DNA of 64,000 nucleotides from a virus. The position numbers and the translations under genes are program-made. The notes beneath the pieces are model-generated. The model searched no databases. It had not been told where the DNA came from and saw only the letters and a program-made list of their open reading frames with translations. Below, piece by piece: positions 19,139-32,610 of the stretch. The DNA is taken from positions 1 to 64,000 of IMG/VR virus record IMGVR_UViG_3300013131_000024. One strand, written 5' to 3'. The first letter of the stretch is position 1, and each line of letters begins with the position of its first letter.

Positions 19139-19430
19139 TCTAAACGAATTTAAAATCTTTATCAAAGAAAAAGTTAGTCATATTTCTTCCGAAACTTTCG
19201 GTTGGATGGCTGCAATAATTTTACATGCCAGCACTATACCTAGTATGTTGGCTGTGATGAGTGGATTGACAGATAGATTACCTGCTGTTGATTTGGTTCT
19301 TTTAGTTTGGGCAGGACTTACATTATTGTTTGTTAAAGCCGCTGTTCAGAAAGACATGCTCAATGTAGTTACAATTGGTTTGGGATTTATCATCCAATCT
19401 GTGATGCTGTCTTTGATCTTCTTCAAATAA
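19122..19430 (+). CDS. Three-TM membrane protein
   Basis: Three hydrophobic segments. Confidence 0.6.
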   Translation: MLHFDNLNEFKIFIKEKVSHISSETFGWMAAIILHASTIPSMLAVMSGLTDRLPAVDLVLLVWAGLTLLFVKAAVQKDMLNVVTIGLGFIIQSVMLSLIFFK

Positions 19431-19511
19431 ATTGGTAATCACCGTAGTTGACTTTGGTTGGCTACGGTGCTATACTAATAACTGTCGTAATTCACACACA
19501 GAAAGGCAAGT

Positions 19512-19997
19512 ATGAAAAAGGTAATTGCAGCAACACTGATGACAGCAGCCATCACTGGTTGTTCATCAATGAAAGAAATTGATGAACGCAAGACTTATGC
19601 ACAACCGGGTTGGTATCAAGACTGTGCTCAAGCAGGTACAGAAGGTTGGTTCTGGTGGTCAAAAGAATATGCATATGCCTGTGGTGCGGGTGAAAGCATT
19701 CATGCACAGGCCGCCGAAGAACAGATGTATGCTATCGCTATGAATAACTTCGCTAAACGTATTAATTCGGAAGTTAATAGCAACACCGAAATTATTTTTG
19801 ACAACGATAAGAAAAAGACTTATACTAAAATTTCTTATGTTGTGCGAGATACTACCATTCGAGAGCATATTAATCGAGAAGTTGGACATTTTACAATGAA
19901 TGGACGTCATTATACCTTCGTTAGATTAAAAATGCCAAAATCTGTTTTTGATCAATTGATCTCCGAAGCCAGAGAGCAGAAAGTCTCAAGTCGATGA
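19512..19997 (+). CDS. Lipoprotein (LPP20-like)
   Basis: Lipobox ITGC; P.WY motif. Confidence 0.65.
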   Translation: MKKVIAATLMTAAITGCSSMKEIDERKTYAQPGWYQDCAQAGTEGWFWWSKEYAYACGAGESIHAQAAEEQMYAIAMNNFAKRINSEVNSNTEIIFDNDKKKTYTKISYVVRDTTIREHINREVGHFTMNGRHYTFVRLKMPKSVFDQLISEAREQKVSSR

Positions 19998-20314
19998 ATT
20001 ACGCCGTCCTCGCAGGAGCGATTCTGCTTGTGGGTTGTAGCTCTAATCCCAAAGTTGTAGCTCAGAAACCTCAGTACTGCTATACCAGTCAAACTATCAT
20101 CACAGATAACGGTGAAAAAGTTAATAGTCGTACTGAAGTAGAATGTACAGACGACCAAGTTAAGAGACTAACCGTGTCTCGGATTGGTCTTGGTAAAAAC
20201 TGTGGTCATTTTAATGGATGGATGAAACGTGGCGGCCAAGATATTCAATACCGTGCGATCAGTTGTCAGCTGCCTGATGGTAGTTGGGAAATTTTGGATA
20301 CTCACGGTCAGTAG
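19994..20314 (+). CDS. Lipoprotein
   Basis: Lipobox LVGC. Confidence 0.65.
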   Translation: MNYAVLAGAILLVGCSSNPKVVAQKPQYCYTSQTIITDNGEKVNSRTEVECTDDQVKRLTVSRIGLGKNCGHFNGWMKRGGQDIQYRAISCQLPDGSWEILDTHGQ

Positions 20315-20669
20315 TCATACCTATGCTGGAGATTTACAAGAACCTAGATTCTTTGAATATAGGTCCGGCGAATTTGTAAATCGTTTAGTGGAATTATCGT
20401 TCGGTTGGTTCAAAACTCTAGACCATGAACAAAGAATGGCCTATGACCAGGCGATTACTCATGCTTTACTGTATGCAGAAAATGGTCAATCGGTGAAATG
20501 GTATAGAAATGGAGCCAGCGGACAGGCCGTGGTAAGTGCCACATGGCCTGGAGGCGGGGGATATTGTAGACGAATTTATATCCAGGCTATAGCTTATGGA
20601 GTGGAAAAAAATATGAAAGCCACTGCATGTTTTAACGATGTAGATAATAGATGGACTTGGTACAACTAA
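20229..20669 (+). CDS. 17-kDa surface-antigen-like protein
   Basis: W..G.SG, YCR, TAC...W pattern; start uncertain. Confidence 0.55.
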   Translation: MAAKIFNTVRSVVSCLMVVGKFWILTVSSHTYAGDLQEPRFFEYRSGEFVNRLVELSFGWFKTLDHEQRMAYDQAITHALLYAENGQSVKWYRNGASGQAVVSATWPGGGGYCRRIYIQAIAYGVEKNMKATACFNDVDNRWTWYN

Positions 20670-20679
20670 ATATTTACTC

Positions 20680-22260
20680 ATGAGATTTAATCATACAGAT
20701 AAATTTATTGCCTATTTGGCTTTACTCAGCGGATTGTCTATTTCCGCTGTCGCCATTTATTATAGTGTAGCAGGTCTGATGGCTATTTTCGCCGCCGCCG
20801 TAATACCTATAATGATTATGGGCATCGTATTAGAGGTTGGAAAACTTGCTGCCACAGTATGGTTAAAACAGAACTGGATACAAGCTCCTAGGTTTTTAAA
20901 AACCTATCTATTATTAGCCATCATTGCATTGATGCTGTTGACATCGATGGGTATTTTTGGATATCTGTCAAAGGCACATTTGGATCAAGCTGTGCCAACC
21001 GGAGATGTTGCGGCCAAGGTCAGTATATTAGATGAAAAAATAAAAACAGAAAGAGATAACATAGAAGCAGCGAGAAATGCACTTAAACAAATGGACTCGC
21101 AGGTCGACGCTAGACTTAATCGTAGCGATGACGAACGCGGTGCAGAACGTGCTGTTCAAATTCGCAGACAACAACAAGTAGAACGAGGACGTTTACAAAA
21201 AGAAATAGCCGATGCTCAGACTCGCATCGCAAAATTAAACGAAGAACGTGCGCCAATCGCATCTGAACTTAGAAAAGTTGAAGCCGAAGTAGGTCCGATC
21301 AAATATATCGCAGCACTTATCTATGGCGACAATCCCGATGCTGATTTGCTAGAACGTGCAGTTCGTTGGGTCATCATCGTTATAGTTTTAGTATTTGATC
21401 CGTTGGCTGTTATTTTATTACTAGCGAGCCAATACAGTTTCTCATGGTTTAGGCAACAAGAAGAAGATGATCATTCTAAAGAAAAATCAGAACATCAATT
21501 AGATTCGGAAGAAATGGCCAGCGACATCGTTGAACTTGAACAGGCTACATCAAAACAAGAATGGCCTGCGCCCACGTCTCTTTGGCCGTTTCCGTCTCCT
21601 ATAGGAAAAAAAGAAAACAGTATATTCGATATCATAAAACAAAATGAAAAGGTCCAAGAAGCACCGTATCAACCAGGGTATGAAGATGTCGCGGTTAAAG
21701 ACGATGCCGAAATGGATGAAAAGCCTAACGTAGAGAACAGTATCGAAGAGTCTAAATTCGATGAAAAAAAACCGTTAGACGAATGGAATGAAATGATAGC
21801 TGAGGCTGAAAAAGCCGTAGAAGAAGAAAAAGAAAAAGAAGATAAAGAAATATTAGATGAAGCTGAATACAATGAACAAACAGCTATGACCGCGTGGAAA
21901 GCGGACAATCCAGAAAGCAGTTTAAAAATACAACGTCAATTATTAGAAAAGGGAATCATTGAGAAACTTCCTTGGAAAGAGTATCTTAAACCCAAAGCAG
22001 ATTATGTCGATGATGCTGTACTCGAGGCTAAAAAATGGGCAGAAGAGAATCCTGCCACAGAAGAAGCTGTAGTAGCAGAACAATGGGTGAATGAAAAATT
22101 AGATGAGCGACCTGGTGATTATGTAAATACTCCTGAAATAGCCTGGATGGAGCACGACGACCAAGGAAATCAAATCAAAAAAACCAAAGACGGATATCAA
22201 CAAAATGCCGAACAGAACGAGAGCACTATTTGGCAACGGATTAAAGATTCTAAAAAATGA
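20680..22260 (+). CDS. Membrane-anchored coiled-coil protein
   Basis: N-terminal TMs, LEVGKL, GIFGYLSKAH, VFDPLA; acidic tail. Confidence 0.7.
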   Translation: MRFNHTDKFIAYLALLSGLSISAVAIYYSVAGLMAIFAAAVIPIMIMGIVLEVGKLAATVWLKQNWIQAPRFLKTYLLLAIIALMLLTSMGIFGYLSKAHLDQAVPTGDVAAKVSILDEKIKTERDNIEAARNALKQMDSQVDARLNRSDDERGAERAVQIRRQQQVERGRLQKEIADAQTRIAKLNEERAPIASELRKVEAEVGPIKYIAALIYGDNPDADLLERAVRWVIIVIVLVFDPLAVILLLASQYSFSWFRQQEEDDHSKEKSEHQLDSEEMASDIVELEQATSKQEWPAPTSLWPFPSPIGKKENSIFDIIKQNEKVQEAPYQPGYEDVAVKDDAEMDEKPNVENSIEESKFDEKKPLDEWNEMIAEAEKAVEEEKEKEDKEILDEAEYNEQTAMTAWKADNPESSLKIQRQLLEKGIIEKLPWKEYLKPKADYVDDAVLEAKKWAEENPATEEAVVAEQWVNEKLDERPGDYVNTPEIAWMEHDDQGNQIKKTKDGYQQNAEQNESTIWQRIKDSKK

Positions 22261-22661
22261 CTGATAGAATTTTAGTTATAACACCTCCCGATGATTCTCT
22301 CTTAGACAGTATTCGCATAACTCATGTGCAACTTAATTTAGATCAAGGAAGCGTAGTTTCTGCTGCCTTGTTAAAAGTTGAATCAGCTCACACAGTAGTT
22401 AATTATGTTTGGAAAATGGGAGATAGAGTAGACTGGCTTTTAGAAAAAGTAGCCAAAAGTCATTTGGTATTTTTCAATGCTGATACCGATTCAAACGGTG
22501 CTATAGAACTTATTTTAGGTTGGATTGCGGCCCAACCACAATCTTACTATTTTGGTACACTCAGAGATTTACATCATGCTAATGATCGTGTGATATATAC
22601 AGTAGATGATGTAGTAAATTTATTAGGAAAGATAGCTGACAGACATTATGAAATTAGATAA
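22257..22661 (+). CDS. Hypothetical protein
   Basis: 134 aa coupled ORF. Confidence 0.6.
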   Translation: MTDRILVITPPDDSLLDSIRITHVQLNLDQGSVVSAALLKVESAHTVVNYVWKMGDRVDWLLEKVAKSHLVFFNADTDSNGAIELILGWIAAQPQSYYFGTLRDLHHANDRVIYTVDDVVNLLGKIADRHYEIR

Positions 22662-22881
22662 ACACAAAGGTACCGGTGTTACTGTTAAGGAACACGAAAA
22701 TATCAATCAGGCTCTTCGTAGATTTAAAAAGAAAGTAGAAGATGCAGGAATATTCGAAACCCTACGAAAAAAAGAGTTTTATGAAAAACCAACTACAACT
22801 AAAAAAAGAAAAGCTGGTGCTGCTAGAGCTCGATGGCTCAAAAAGCAAAGAGATCAACAACTGCCGCCAAAACTATTTTAA
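22648..22881 (+). CDS. rpsU: Ribosomal protein bS21
   Basis: ALRRFKK.V...G, EFYEKPT..KK. Confidence 0.9.
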   Translation: MKLDKHKGTGVTVKEHENINQALRRFKKKVEDAGIFETLRKKEFYEKPTTTKKRKAGAARARWLKKQRDQQLPPKLF

Positions 22882-22893
22882 GAAAGGCATCAA

Positions 22894-23928
22894 ATGCGTA
22901 TCGAAGATGAGGTCAAATTAGACTTCCGTGATGTGCTCATCAGACCAAAGCGTTCTACTCTTTCAAGTCGCAAAGAAGTAGATCTACAAAGAACCTACAA
23001 GTTTAAACACAGCCACACAGAGTGGAAAGGTGTGCCTGTTATGGCTGCAAACATGGACGGTGTTGGTACACTGGCCATGGCTAAGAGTTTGTGGAATCAT
23101 CGTATGTTTACCTGTCTAACTAAGATCTACGATGAGGATGATCTTTTTAGTTTAGTTACAGAAATTAGCGTCAACTATTTTGCTGTCAGCACAGGTACCA
23201 GTGATCGAGATTTTCTTAAACTGAGACAGATAATGAATGCTTATCCAGAAATACATTTTATCTGCATTGACGTAGCTAATGGATACAGCGAACATTTTGG
23301 AGAATATGTTTCCAAGGTTAGACAAACATATCCTCATACAACTATCATTGCAGGTAATGTAGTGACAGCTGATATGACACAGGAGTTAATTTTACGTGGG
23401 GCAGATATTATCAAAGTGGGCATTGGGCCGGGCAGTGTATGCACCACCCGTATTCAGACCGGCGTGGGCTATCCGCAACTCAGTGCCATAATCGAGTGCG
23501 CCGATGCCGCTCATGGCCTAGGTGGGCATATTATCGCTGATGGCGGATGTGTTTGCCCTGGCGATGTTGCTAAGGCTTTCGGCGCTGGTGCAGACTTTGT
23601 GATGTTAGGGGGTATGCTAGCAGGACATGATGAGGGTGGCGGTACTGTTGTACAGGAAGAAGGCAAAGATCCCCAAGTAATGTTTTATGGAATGAGTTCA
23701 GATACTGCTATGAATAAACACCATGGCGGGATTGCAGAATATCGTAGTTCAGAAGGTCGGACAGTTCAGATACCATACAAGGGTGCTGTGCAGAACACAG
23801 TCCTAGATCTGTTAGGTGGTCTGCGTAGTACCTGTACCTATGTAGGTGCTCCTAGTTTAAAACAATTGAGTAAGTGTACAACATTTATTCGTGTTAACAG
23901 ACAGATTAATGATGTATTCATAAAATAA
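22894..23928 (+). CDS. guaC: GMP reductase
   Basis: [35 protein letters not shown]. Confidence 0.95.
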   Translation: MRIEDEVKLDFRDVLIRPKRSTLSSRKEVDLQRTYKFKHSHTEWKGVPVMAANMDGVGTLAMAKSLWNHRMFTCLTKIYDEDDLFSLVTEISVNYFAVSTGTSDRDFLKLRQIMNAYPEIHFICIDVANGYSEHFGEYVSKVRQTYPHTTIIAGNVVTADMTQELILRGADIIKVGIGPGSVCTTRIQTGVGYPQLSAIIECADAAHGLGGHIIADGGCVCPGDVAKAFGAGADFVMLGGMLAGHDEGGGTVVQEEGKDPQVMFYGMSSDTAMNKHHGGIAEYRSSEGRTVQIPYKGAVQNTVLDLLGGLRSTCTYVGAPSLKQLSKCTTFIRVNRQINDVFIK

Positions 23929-23932
23929 TGGT

Positions 23933-24601
23933 TTATTTTCGATATCGGCAATTTTCGCCGTGCCATCGTAAAAAGTTAGCAGGATCAACTAGCTTGGAAC
24001 AATGAGGACATTCTTTTTTAGTTCTGTTTTTTGCTATTTCAGATTGTAATTTTTTAGTTACATCAGAGTGCAATATTCCTTTGTTCCAAGTTAATTTTCC
24101 TTTTTTAGATTTAGATATTTTTTCCTTCCACTCTAAAGTAAAATCGTCTTTAGTTCTTCCAGTTGTTTTACCCTTTCGAGATTGAGACATTTTTTTCTTT
24201 TCTTCGTCAGTTCGAGGTATTCCTTTATTCCAGGTACTTCTTCCAACTTTAAATTGTCCAGATGTTCCTACTGTTGATAAAATTTGAGAATGTTGCTCTC
24301 TTGCTCTGGTATAAGTTTTTGAGTTAATTTTATAATCTGCTTTTAAAGAATTACACATTCTCCATAATGCGTGTACCATTTTATGATGAAAATTTCCTGA
24401 AGTCATTTTTGGTAAAAGTAAATGACAGATAAAATGTTCCCTTGCAGTGAGCCTCACTAAATTACTTGGGGAATTATCTCCTCCGCAACTTTTTGGTATA
24501 ATATGATGTTTTTCTGTATATGTGTTCGAAAGAATTTTTCTTGACTTTGCTCTGTCAATAATGCTAAAATAGTACTTAGAATATTTGTTTATTTTGAACA
24601 T
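23933..24601 (-). CDS. HNH homing endonuclease with NUMOD3-like repeats
   Basis: EKHHIIP..GG.N...NLV.LTAREH..CH; WNKG repeats; TATAAATA on the minus strand. Confidence 0.88.
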   Translation of the reverse strand: MFKINKYSKYYFSIIDRAKSRKILSNTYTEKHHIIPKSCGGDNSPSNLVRLTAREHFICHLLLPKMTSGNFHHKMVHALWRMCNSLKADYKINSKTYTRAREQHSQILSTVGTSGQFKVGRSTWNKGIPRTDEEKKKMSQSRKGKTTGRTKDDFTLEWKEKISKSKKGKLTWNKGILHSDVTKKLQSEIAKNRTKKECPHCSKLVDPANFLRWHGENCRYRK

Positions 24602-24630
24602 ATCATATTTATAAGAAAGAGATAAAAATC

Positions 24631-25212
24631 GTGCTATCTGATGTAATGATTGATTTAGAAACCTTAGATGTTCTCCCCTCCGCTACAATTTTAACTATAG
24701 GTGCTGTTAAGTTTGACCCATTCGGGGATGAAATTTCGGAACCAGCCATGGACAAATTCTACGTCAAAGTAGATATTGACAGTTGCGATAAGATAGGATG
24801 CACAGTTAGTTCTGCTACCCTTGAATGGTGGGGTAATCAAAGTAAAGCCGCACAAGAAGAAGCATTTGATCCTAACGGTAGGATAGATATCACAGATGCT
24901 ATGAATCAACTGTACAAGTTCTGTTGGGGTGCCAAGCGTGTGTGGAGCCATGGTGCCGGCTTTGACGTTATTATCTGCGAACATTTATTCCGTAAAATTG
25001 GCAAAGCGATTCCTTGGCAATTCTGGGAAGTGCGTGATACACGTACACTTTTTGATTTAGGAATTAATCCCAATCGTCCTCCGGTATTAAAACATCATGC
25101 TCTTGAAGACGCCTGGAACCAAGCAGTCGGAGTGCAAAATGTTTATAAAATGCTTAGAACTGCTTCTAGCATTAATGGTCAATTATTCAATCCTCTCGGA
25201 AACACGAGATAA
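24631..25212 (+). CDS. DEDDh 3'-5' exonuclease
   Basis: MIDLETL, FD, RDTRT, HHALEDA. Confidence 0.85.
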   Translation: MLSDVMIDLETLDVLPSATILTIGAVKFDPFGDEISEPAMDKFYVKVDIDSCDKIGCTVSSATLEWWGNQSKAAQEEAFDPNGRIDITDAMNQLYKFCWGAKRVWSHGAGFDVIICEHLFRKIGKAIPWQFWEVRDTRTLFDLGINPNRPPVLKHHALEDAWNQAVGVQNVYKMLRTASSINGQLFNPLGNTR

Positions 25213-25220
25213 ATAAAATC

Positions 25221-25292
25221 GTAAATTGTACTGTATAAGGCAATTTACAGGGCATAGAGCCCAAATAGATCTTACTTTATAAGGAGATATGT
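25221..25292 (+). promoter_or_regulatory. ROSE-like RNA thermometer, dnaK leader
   Basis: Three hairpins; the last (TCTTACTT-tat-AAGGAGA) occludes the SD. Confidence 0.6.
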
Positions 25293-27191
25293 ATGTCTAA
25301 GATCATCGGTATTGACCTCGGCACCACCAATTCATGCGTGGCTATCGTCGAGAACGGAACTTCCAAAGTAATTGAAAATTCGGAAGGTGCTCGTACTACA
25401 CCTAGTATCGTTGCCTATACAGAAAGTGAAGTTCTAGTTGGAGCCAGCGCCAAGCGTCAGGCTGTAACAAATCCCAAAAATACAATTTATGCATCTAAGC
25501 GTTTAATTGGTAGGAAGTTTGCTGAAAAAGAAGTGCAGAAAGATCTAGATCTTATGCCCTATGAAATTTTTGAAAGTTCTAACGGCGATGCTTGGATCAG
25601 AGCGCAGAATAAAGAATTAGCCCCTCCACAAATTTCAGCAGAAGTTCTTCGCAAAATGAAAAAGACCGCAGAAGACTATCTTGGAGTTGAAGTAACTAAA
25701 GCGGTTATCACGGTTCCTGCATATTTCAATGATAGCCAAAGACAGGCTACAAAAGATGCCGGACAAATTGCAGGCCTAGAAGTCTTGCGAATCATCAACG
25801 AACCAACTGCGGCAGCATTAGCTTACGGAGTTGATAAAACAGATAAAAAAGATCGTAAAGTCGCTGTTTACGATCTAGGCGGTGGTACATTTGATATCAG
25901 TATCATCGAGATAGCTAACGTTGATGACGACAAACAGATCGAAGTTCTTTCTACCAACGGTGATACGTTCCTAGGTGGTGAAGATTTTGACCAACGCATC
26001 ATGGATTATCTGGTCGACGAGTTTAAGAAAGAACAAGGTGTTGATCTTACCAAAGACATGCTGGCTCTTCAGCGTTTGAAAGATGCTGCTGAAAAAGCAA
26101 AAATTGAATTGTCTAATAGCACACAGACGGAAGTAAATCTTCCTTACATCACAGCCGACGCCAGCGGTCCAAAACATTTGGTAGTAAAAATTACCAAGGC
26201 AAAATTAGAAAGTTTAGTCGATGATTTGATTCAGCGTAGTTTGGAACCATGTCGTATCGCACTACGTGATGCAGGAGTATCTGCTTCTGATATCGATGAA
26301 GTTATTCTAGTCGGTGGTCAAACTCGTATGCCTAAGGTGCAAGAAGAAGTCGAAAAGCTTTTCGGTAAGGCACCACGTAAAGATGTAAATCCTGATGAAG
26401 CAGTGGCAGTAGGTGCTGCGGTACAAGGTGCTGTTCTAGGTGGTGATCGTACAGATGTTCTATTACTGGACGTTACTCCTTTGTCATTGGGTATTGAAAC
26501 ATTAGGTGGTGTAATGACAAAGATCATCCAGAAAAACACTACTATTCCGACGAAAGGTCAACAGAATTTTTCTACAGCCGAGGATAATCAACCGGCAGTA
26601 ACTATAAAAGTGTTCCAAGGTGAACGTGAATTAGTCCAACATAACAAACTGTTGGGAGAATTTAATCTAGAAGGAATAGCTCCTGCACGTCGGGGTCATC
26701 CTCAGATCGAAGTTACATTTGATATTGATGCTAATGGAATAATGCATATCTCGGCCAAAGATAAAGGCACCGGCAAAGAAAACAAGATCACTATCAAATC
26801 AGATAGCGGATTAAGCAAAGAACAAATCGAACAAATGATTAGAGATGCAGAAGCAAATGCAGAATCAGATAAAAAAGCACGTGAACTTATCGAAACTAAA
26901 AATTCTGCTGAGGCTCAGATACACGAAGTTCGTAAAGATCTCGAAGAATTTCGCACTGATTTAACTGAAGATGAAATCAAACAGATCGAGGATGTGATTA
27001 AATCTGTAGAAGAATCATTAAAAACAGATGACAAAGATCAAATCATCGAGAATCTGAATAAAGTTTATCCGGCAATGAAAACTTTGTTAGACAAAAAACA
27101 AGCAAAAACACAGACACAGCAGACACAAGATGCACCCTCACAGACAGACGACAATGTAGTCGATGCTACCTTTACGGAGAAAAAAGACTGA
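25293..27191 (+). CDS. dnaK: Chaperone DnaK
   Basis: [28 protein letters not shown]. Confidence 0.98.
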   Translation: MSKIIGIDLGTTNSCVAIVENGTSKVIENSEGARTTPSIVAYTESEVLVGASAKRQAVTNPKNTIYASKRLIGRKFAEKEVQKDLDLMPYEIFESSNGDAWIRAQNKELAPPQISAEVLRKMKKTAEDYLGVEVTKAVITVPAYFNDSQRQATKDAGQIAGLEVLRIINEPTAAALAYGVDKTDKKDRKVAVYDLGGGTFDISIIEIANVDDDKQIEVLSTNGDTFLGGEDFDQRIMDYLVDEFKKEQGVDLTKDMLALQRLKDAAEKAKIELSNSTQTEVNLPYITADASGPKHLVVKITKAKLESLVDDLIQRSLEPCRIALRDAGVSASDIDEVILVGGQTRMPKVQEEVEKLFGKAPRKDVNPDEAVAVGAAVQGAVLGGDRTDVLLLDVTPLSLGIETLGGVMTKIIQKNTTIPTKGQQNFSTAEDNQPAVTIKVFQGERELVQHNKLLGEFNLEGIAPARRGHPQIEVTFDIDANGIMHISAKDKGTGKENKITIKSDSGLSKEQIEQMIRDAEANAESDKKARELIETKNSAEAQIHEVRKDLEEFRTDLTEDEIKQIEDVIKSVEESLKTDDKDQIIENLNKVYPAMKTLLDKKQAKTQTQQTQDAPSQTDDNVVDATFTEKKD

Positions 27192-27240
27192 TAGGTACCT
27201 TGAGGGGCCTTTAACTATTCTTACTTTAAAAGGAGAAAAT

Positions 27241-29159
<1,919 letters not shown>

Positions 29160-29289
29160 ACAATGGGGGATTATCCCCCCATTGACTTAGATTGTAAAGC
29201 ACTGTATTATAAATATTAATGTAAAGTACTTTTAAGGCTTTACAAAAAGGCATAGGGCCTAATTGTTCTTACTTTATAAGGAGACTACT

Positions 29290-29736
29290 ATGAACAATGC
29301 ATTAGCTAGAATCGATGCTTTAAACAGAGCACTTATTGGTTTCGATACGATGTTTGATACTCTCGAACGTCGATTCGCAAACTCAGTTTCAAATAACTAC
29401 CCCCCACACAATATTATCAAAACTGGTGAAAATCAGTATGAAATTCAAATCGCTGTGACTGGATTTGAAAAATCAGAAATTGTAATTACCGTAGAAGACA
29501 ACATGTTAATAATCAAGGGAGAGAAAGTAGAACCGGCTTTACTAGAAGGACAAGAAGCTCCTGTTTATCTACATAGAGGCTTAGCGACTCGAGATTTCTG
29601 CAAAGAATTTCCGTTAGCTGAACATATCGAAGTAGCGGGCGCAGAAACACGTAATGGAATGCTAACCATTAAATTGGTAAGAAATGTTCCAGAGTCAGCA
29701 AAACCCAAAGTAATTGATATCGTTGATGTCAAGTAA
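29290..29736 (+). CDS. Small heat shock protein (IbpA/Hsp20)
   Basis: NYPPHNI, YLHRGLA.R.F, NGML.I; ROSE-like leader. Confidence 0.92.
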   Translation: MNNALARIDALNRALIGFDTMFDTLERRFANSVSNNYPPHNIIKTGENQYEIQIAVTGFEKSEIVITVEDNMLIIKGEKVEPALLEGQEAPVYLHRGLATRDFCKEFPLAEHIEVAGAETRNGMLTIKLVRNVPESAKPKVIDIVDVK

Positions 29737-29789
29737 TAATAAGGGGGCTCAGGCCCCTTTATTAAATAGTATGTTGATTAGGAGAAATT

Positions 29790-30089
29790 ATGTCTACAGA
29801 TATCTCAGTAGAAGAAAAAGTCAATGTTTCCTTACAACCTCCTAAGTTATGGAAGGTAGTATTTTTCAATGATGATCAAACACCAATGGAATTAGTTATA
29901 GATTTATTGACAAGAATTTTCAAACACAACGAGGCTAAAGCCAAAGATATTACATTAGAGATACATGAAACAGGCAGCGGAATAGCAGGAATTTATCCTT
30001 ATGAAATAGCCGAACAAAAAGGTATTGAAGCTACGGGCGTAGCCAGACAATACGGCTCTCCGCTTAAAATAGCAGTGGAACAAGAATGA
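29790..30089 (+). CDS. clpS: ClpS N-degron adaptor
   Basis: KVVF.NDD.TPME.V, IH..G.G..G.Y..EIAE.K. Confidence 0.9.
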   Translation: MSTDISVEEKVNVSLQPPKLWKVVFFNDDQTPMELVIDLLTRIFKHNEAKAKDITLEIHETGSGIAGIYPYEIAEQKGIEATGVARQYGSPLKIAVEQE

Positions 30090-30631
30090 GTCTAAGAGAC
30101 ATAACTAAAGATCTGCATCACAAAGCAGAAACGACACAATTTGCCAAGATGTTGTTGAGCGGCAAAATATCTAAAGAAGATTATGCAAACTATCTTTATC
30201 AATTGGTATTAGTGTATCCTATCATAGAAATGGGTAATCGTGTACAAGGTAATCTAGAAAAATTAAATGGATTAGAACGCAGTGCTAAAATCTATCAGGA
30301 TTTTATAGAAATCGCAGGTAAAGAACATAATTACAAATGGTTAGATCAAACTATAGCCTATCACAATTATCTATTAGAATTAATCAATGATGCGGCTAGA
30401 AAACATTTAATCAAAGCACATTTATATTGTCGTCATATGGGCGATCTTAATGGTGGGCAGATAATTAAAAAACAGGTAGCACATATAAGCAAAGGAAAGT
30501 TCTACGATTTTAAAAATCCAGACGAGCTTAAGGTTGCCATACGTTTAGAACTTACCGACGATTTAGGTAATGAAGCAAGAATAGCATTCGAATGGGCAAT
30601 AAAAATGATGAAAGAATTATATAGGGAATAA
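30086..30631 (+). CDS. Heme oxygenase
   Basis: [26 protein letters not shown]. Confidence 0.9.
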   Translation: MSLRDITKDLHHKAETTQFAKMLLSGKISKEDYANYLYQLVLVYPIIEMGNRVQGNLEKLNGLERSAKIYQDFIEIAGKEHNYKWLDQTIAYHNYLLELINDAARKHLIKAHLYCRHMGDLNGGQIIKKQVAHISKGKFYDFKNPDELKVAIRLELTDDLGNEARIAFEWAIKMMKELYRE

Positions 30632-30632
30632 A

Positions 30633-31919
30633 ATGGATTATAAAATCGCAGACATAGACTTAGCAAAATGGGGTAGAAAAGAAATAGCAATAGCTGAAAC
30701 AGAAATGCCAGGATTAATGGCTATCCGTGAAGAATATAAAAATCAATTACCATTAAAGGGAGCTAGAATCGCAGGTAGTTTGCATATGACTATACAAACT
30801 GCGGTACTAATTGAAACTTTAATCGAATTAGGTGCCGATGTAAGGTGGTCGAGCTGTAATATTTTTTCTACACAAGACCATGCCGCAGCAGCTCTAGCTG
30901 TCAAAGGTATTCCTGTTTTTGCTTGGAAGGGTGAAACAGAGGAAGAATATTGGTGGTGTATAGAACAGACTTTATCTGGACCTAACGGCTGGAAACCAAA
31001 TATGTTATTAGATGATGGACATGACCTTACAGGCTATGTTCATGACAAATATCCAGAATTAATCAAAGATATAATCGGAGTAACAGAAGAAACTACTACT
31101 GGTATACACAAACTTCTTGAGAGAATCTCTCAAGGAACTTTGTATCTTAGAGCTATCAATGTCAATGACAGCGTAACTAAATCTAAGTTTGATAATCTTT
31201 ATGGTTGTAGAGAAAGTCTAGTAGATGCAATTAAACGGGCTACTGATGTTATGATAGCCGGAAAGATTGCAGTTGTTTGCGGATATGGTGATGTGGGTAA
31301 AGGTTCAGCACAGGCTTTAAAAGCACTGTCCGCCCAAGTATGGATTACTGAAATAGATCCAATTAATGCATTGCAAGCTGCCATGGAAGGTTATAAAGTT
31401 GTAAACATGGAATACGCAGCAGACAAAGCAGATATTTTTGTCACAGCCACAGGTAATATTGATGTCATTACATACGACCATATGTCAAATATGAAAAATA
31501 ATGCCATTGTCTGTAATATAGGACATTTCGATAGTGAAATCGATATTGCAAGTTTAAAGAATTGTCAGTGGGATGAAATCAAGCCGCAGGTCGATCATGT
31601 GATTTTTCCAAACGGAAATAAAATTATAGTATTAGCCAAAGGTAGACTGGTAAATCTTGGCTGTGCCACAGGTCACCCTAGTTATGTAATGAGTAATAGT
31701 TTTACTAATCAAGCATTGGCTCAAATAGATTTATTCAATCATTCTGAAAAATATGAGATTGGAAAATTATATCTATTACCTAAGAATTTAGATGAAAAAG
31801 TTGCTAGACTTCATCTAGATCAAATAGGAGCTCAGTTAACTAAACTCAGCGATAGACAAGCTGAATATATTAATGTTCATATAGACGGACCTTATAAACT
31901 AGATACCTATAGATATTAA
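30633..31919 (+). CDS. ahcY: S-adenosylhomocysteine hydrolase
   Basis: [32 protein letters not shown]. Confidence 0.97.
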   Translation: MDYKIADIDLAKWGRKEIAIAETEMPGLMAIREEYKNQLPLKGARIAGSLHMTIQTAVLIETLIELGADVRWSSCNIFSTQDHAAAALAVKGIPVFAWKGETEEEYWWCIEQTLSGPNGWKPNMLLDDGHDLTGYVHDKYPELIKDIIGVTEETTTGIHKLLERISQGTLYLRAINVNDSVTKSKFDNLYGCRESLVDAIKRATDVMIAGKIAVVCGYGDVGKGSAQALKALSAQVWITEIDPINALQAAMEGYKVVNMEYAADKADIFVTATGNIDVITYDHMSNMKNNAIVCNIGHFDSEIDIASLKNCQWDEIKPQVDHVIFPNGNKIIVLAKGRLVNLGCATGHPSYVMSNSFTNQALAQIDLFNHSEKYEIGKLYLLPKNLDEKVARLHLDQIGAQLTKLSDRQAEYINVHIDGPYKLDTYRY

Positions 31920-32600
31920 ATGTCAATAGTTTGGTCTAAATTAATACAAATAGAAAATTTTTTCTCTGCCGCATTTGATAGCACAGGAGTAGAATCCTTT
32001 GAACCTGGTATGGACAGATTTAATCAGCCGGGTTGGGTTAATCGTGTTTGGACCAGCGGCAATTATCGCAGAGCCCATATCGATGTAGTCGATGCCCGAT
32101 CAACAAAGGGCCTCTGGATGATGCACTGCTGTGTCTTTCCACATATCCATAACCCGGCACCCATATTTGGATTCGATGTGATCGCAGGCAAAAACAAAAT
32201 CACAGGCTGTTTCATAGATTACAGTCCTACTGTCGATCGCGATCATCCTATGATAGACTATTTCTCTGAAGAAGTTAGCAGATACGAATGGATCAAGAAA
32301 CGTGAATTACCCGAGTGGGCACAGCGTATTTTTAGCTCTAGCATGGTGGCAGCGGGCAATGTCAATGATGAAAACGAATTATCTCAGATAGAAAGTCTAG
32401 CACATATTCTAGTAAATCATTACACAGAAACAGTAGGTGAAACTAACAACACTGTGACAGATGCTACATTTGAGCAGAATTACTATGCACAAAATCAGAA
32501 GCAAAACCCACATACACCCAAAGTAATGGCTAGTTTAGGTTTAAATGAAGAGGATATTAGGGTTTTCATCCAGGATTGCCTGTTCCCGGAAATGCGCTAA
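31920..32600 (+). CDS. Ferredoxin-dependent bilin reductase (PcyX/PcyA-like)
   Basis: RRAHIDVVD, MMHCC.FP...PIFGFD, LPEWA..IFS, Q..NPHT. Confidence 0.88.
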   Translation: MSIVWSKLIQIENFFSAAFDSTGVESFEPGMDRFNQPGWVNRVWTSGNYRRAHIDVVDARSTKGLWMMHCCVFPHIHNPAPIFGFDVIAGKNKITGCFIDYSPTVDRDHPMIDYFSEEVSRYEWIKKRELPEWAQRIFSSSMVAAGNVNDENELSQIESLAHILVNHYTETVGETNNTVTDATFEQNYYAQNQKQNPHTPKVMASLGLNEEDIRVFIQDCLFPEMR

Positions 32601-32610
32601 ATACTCTACT

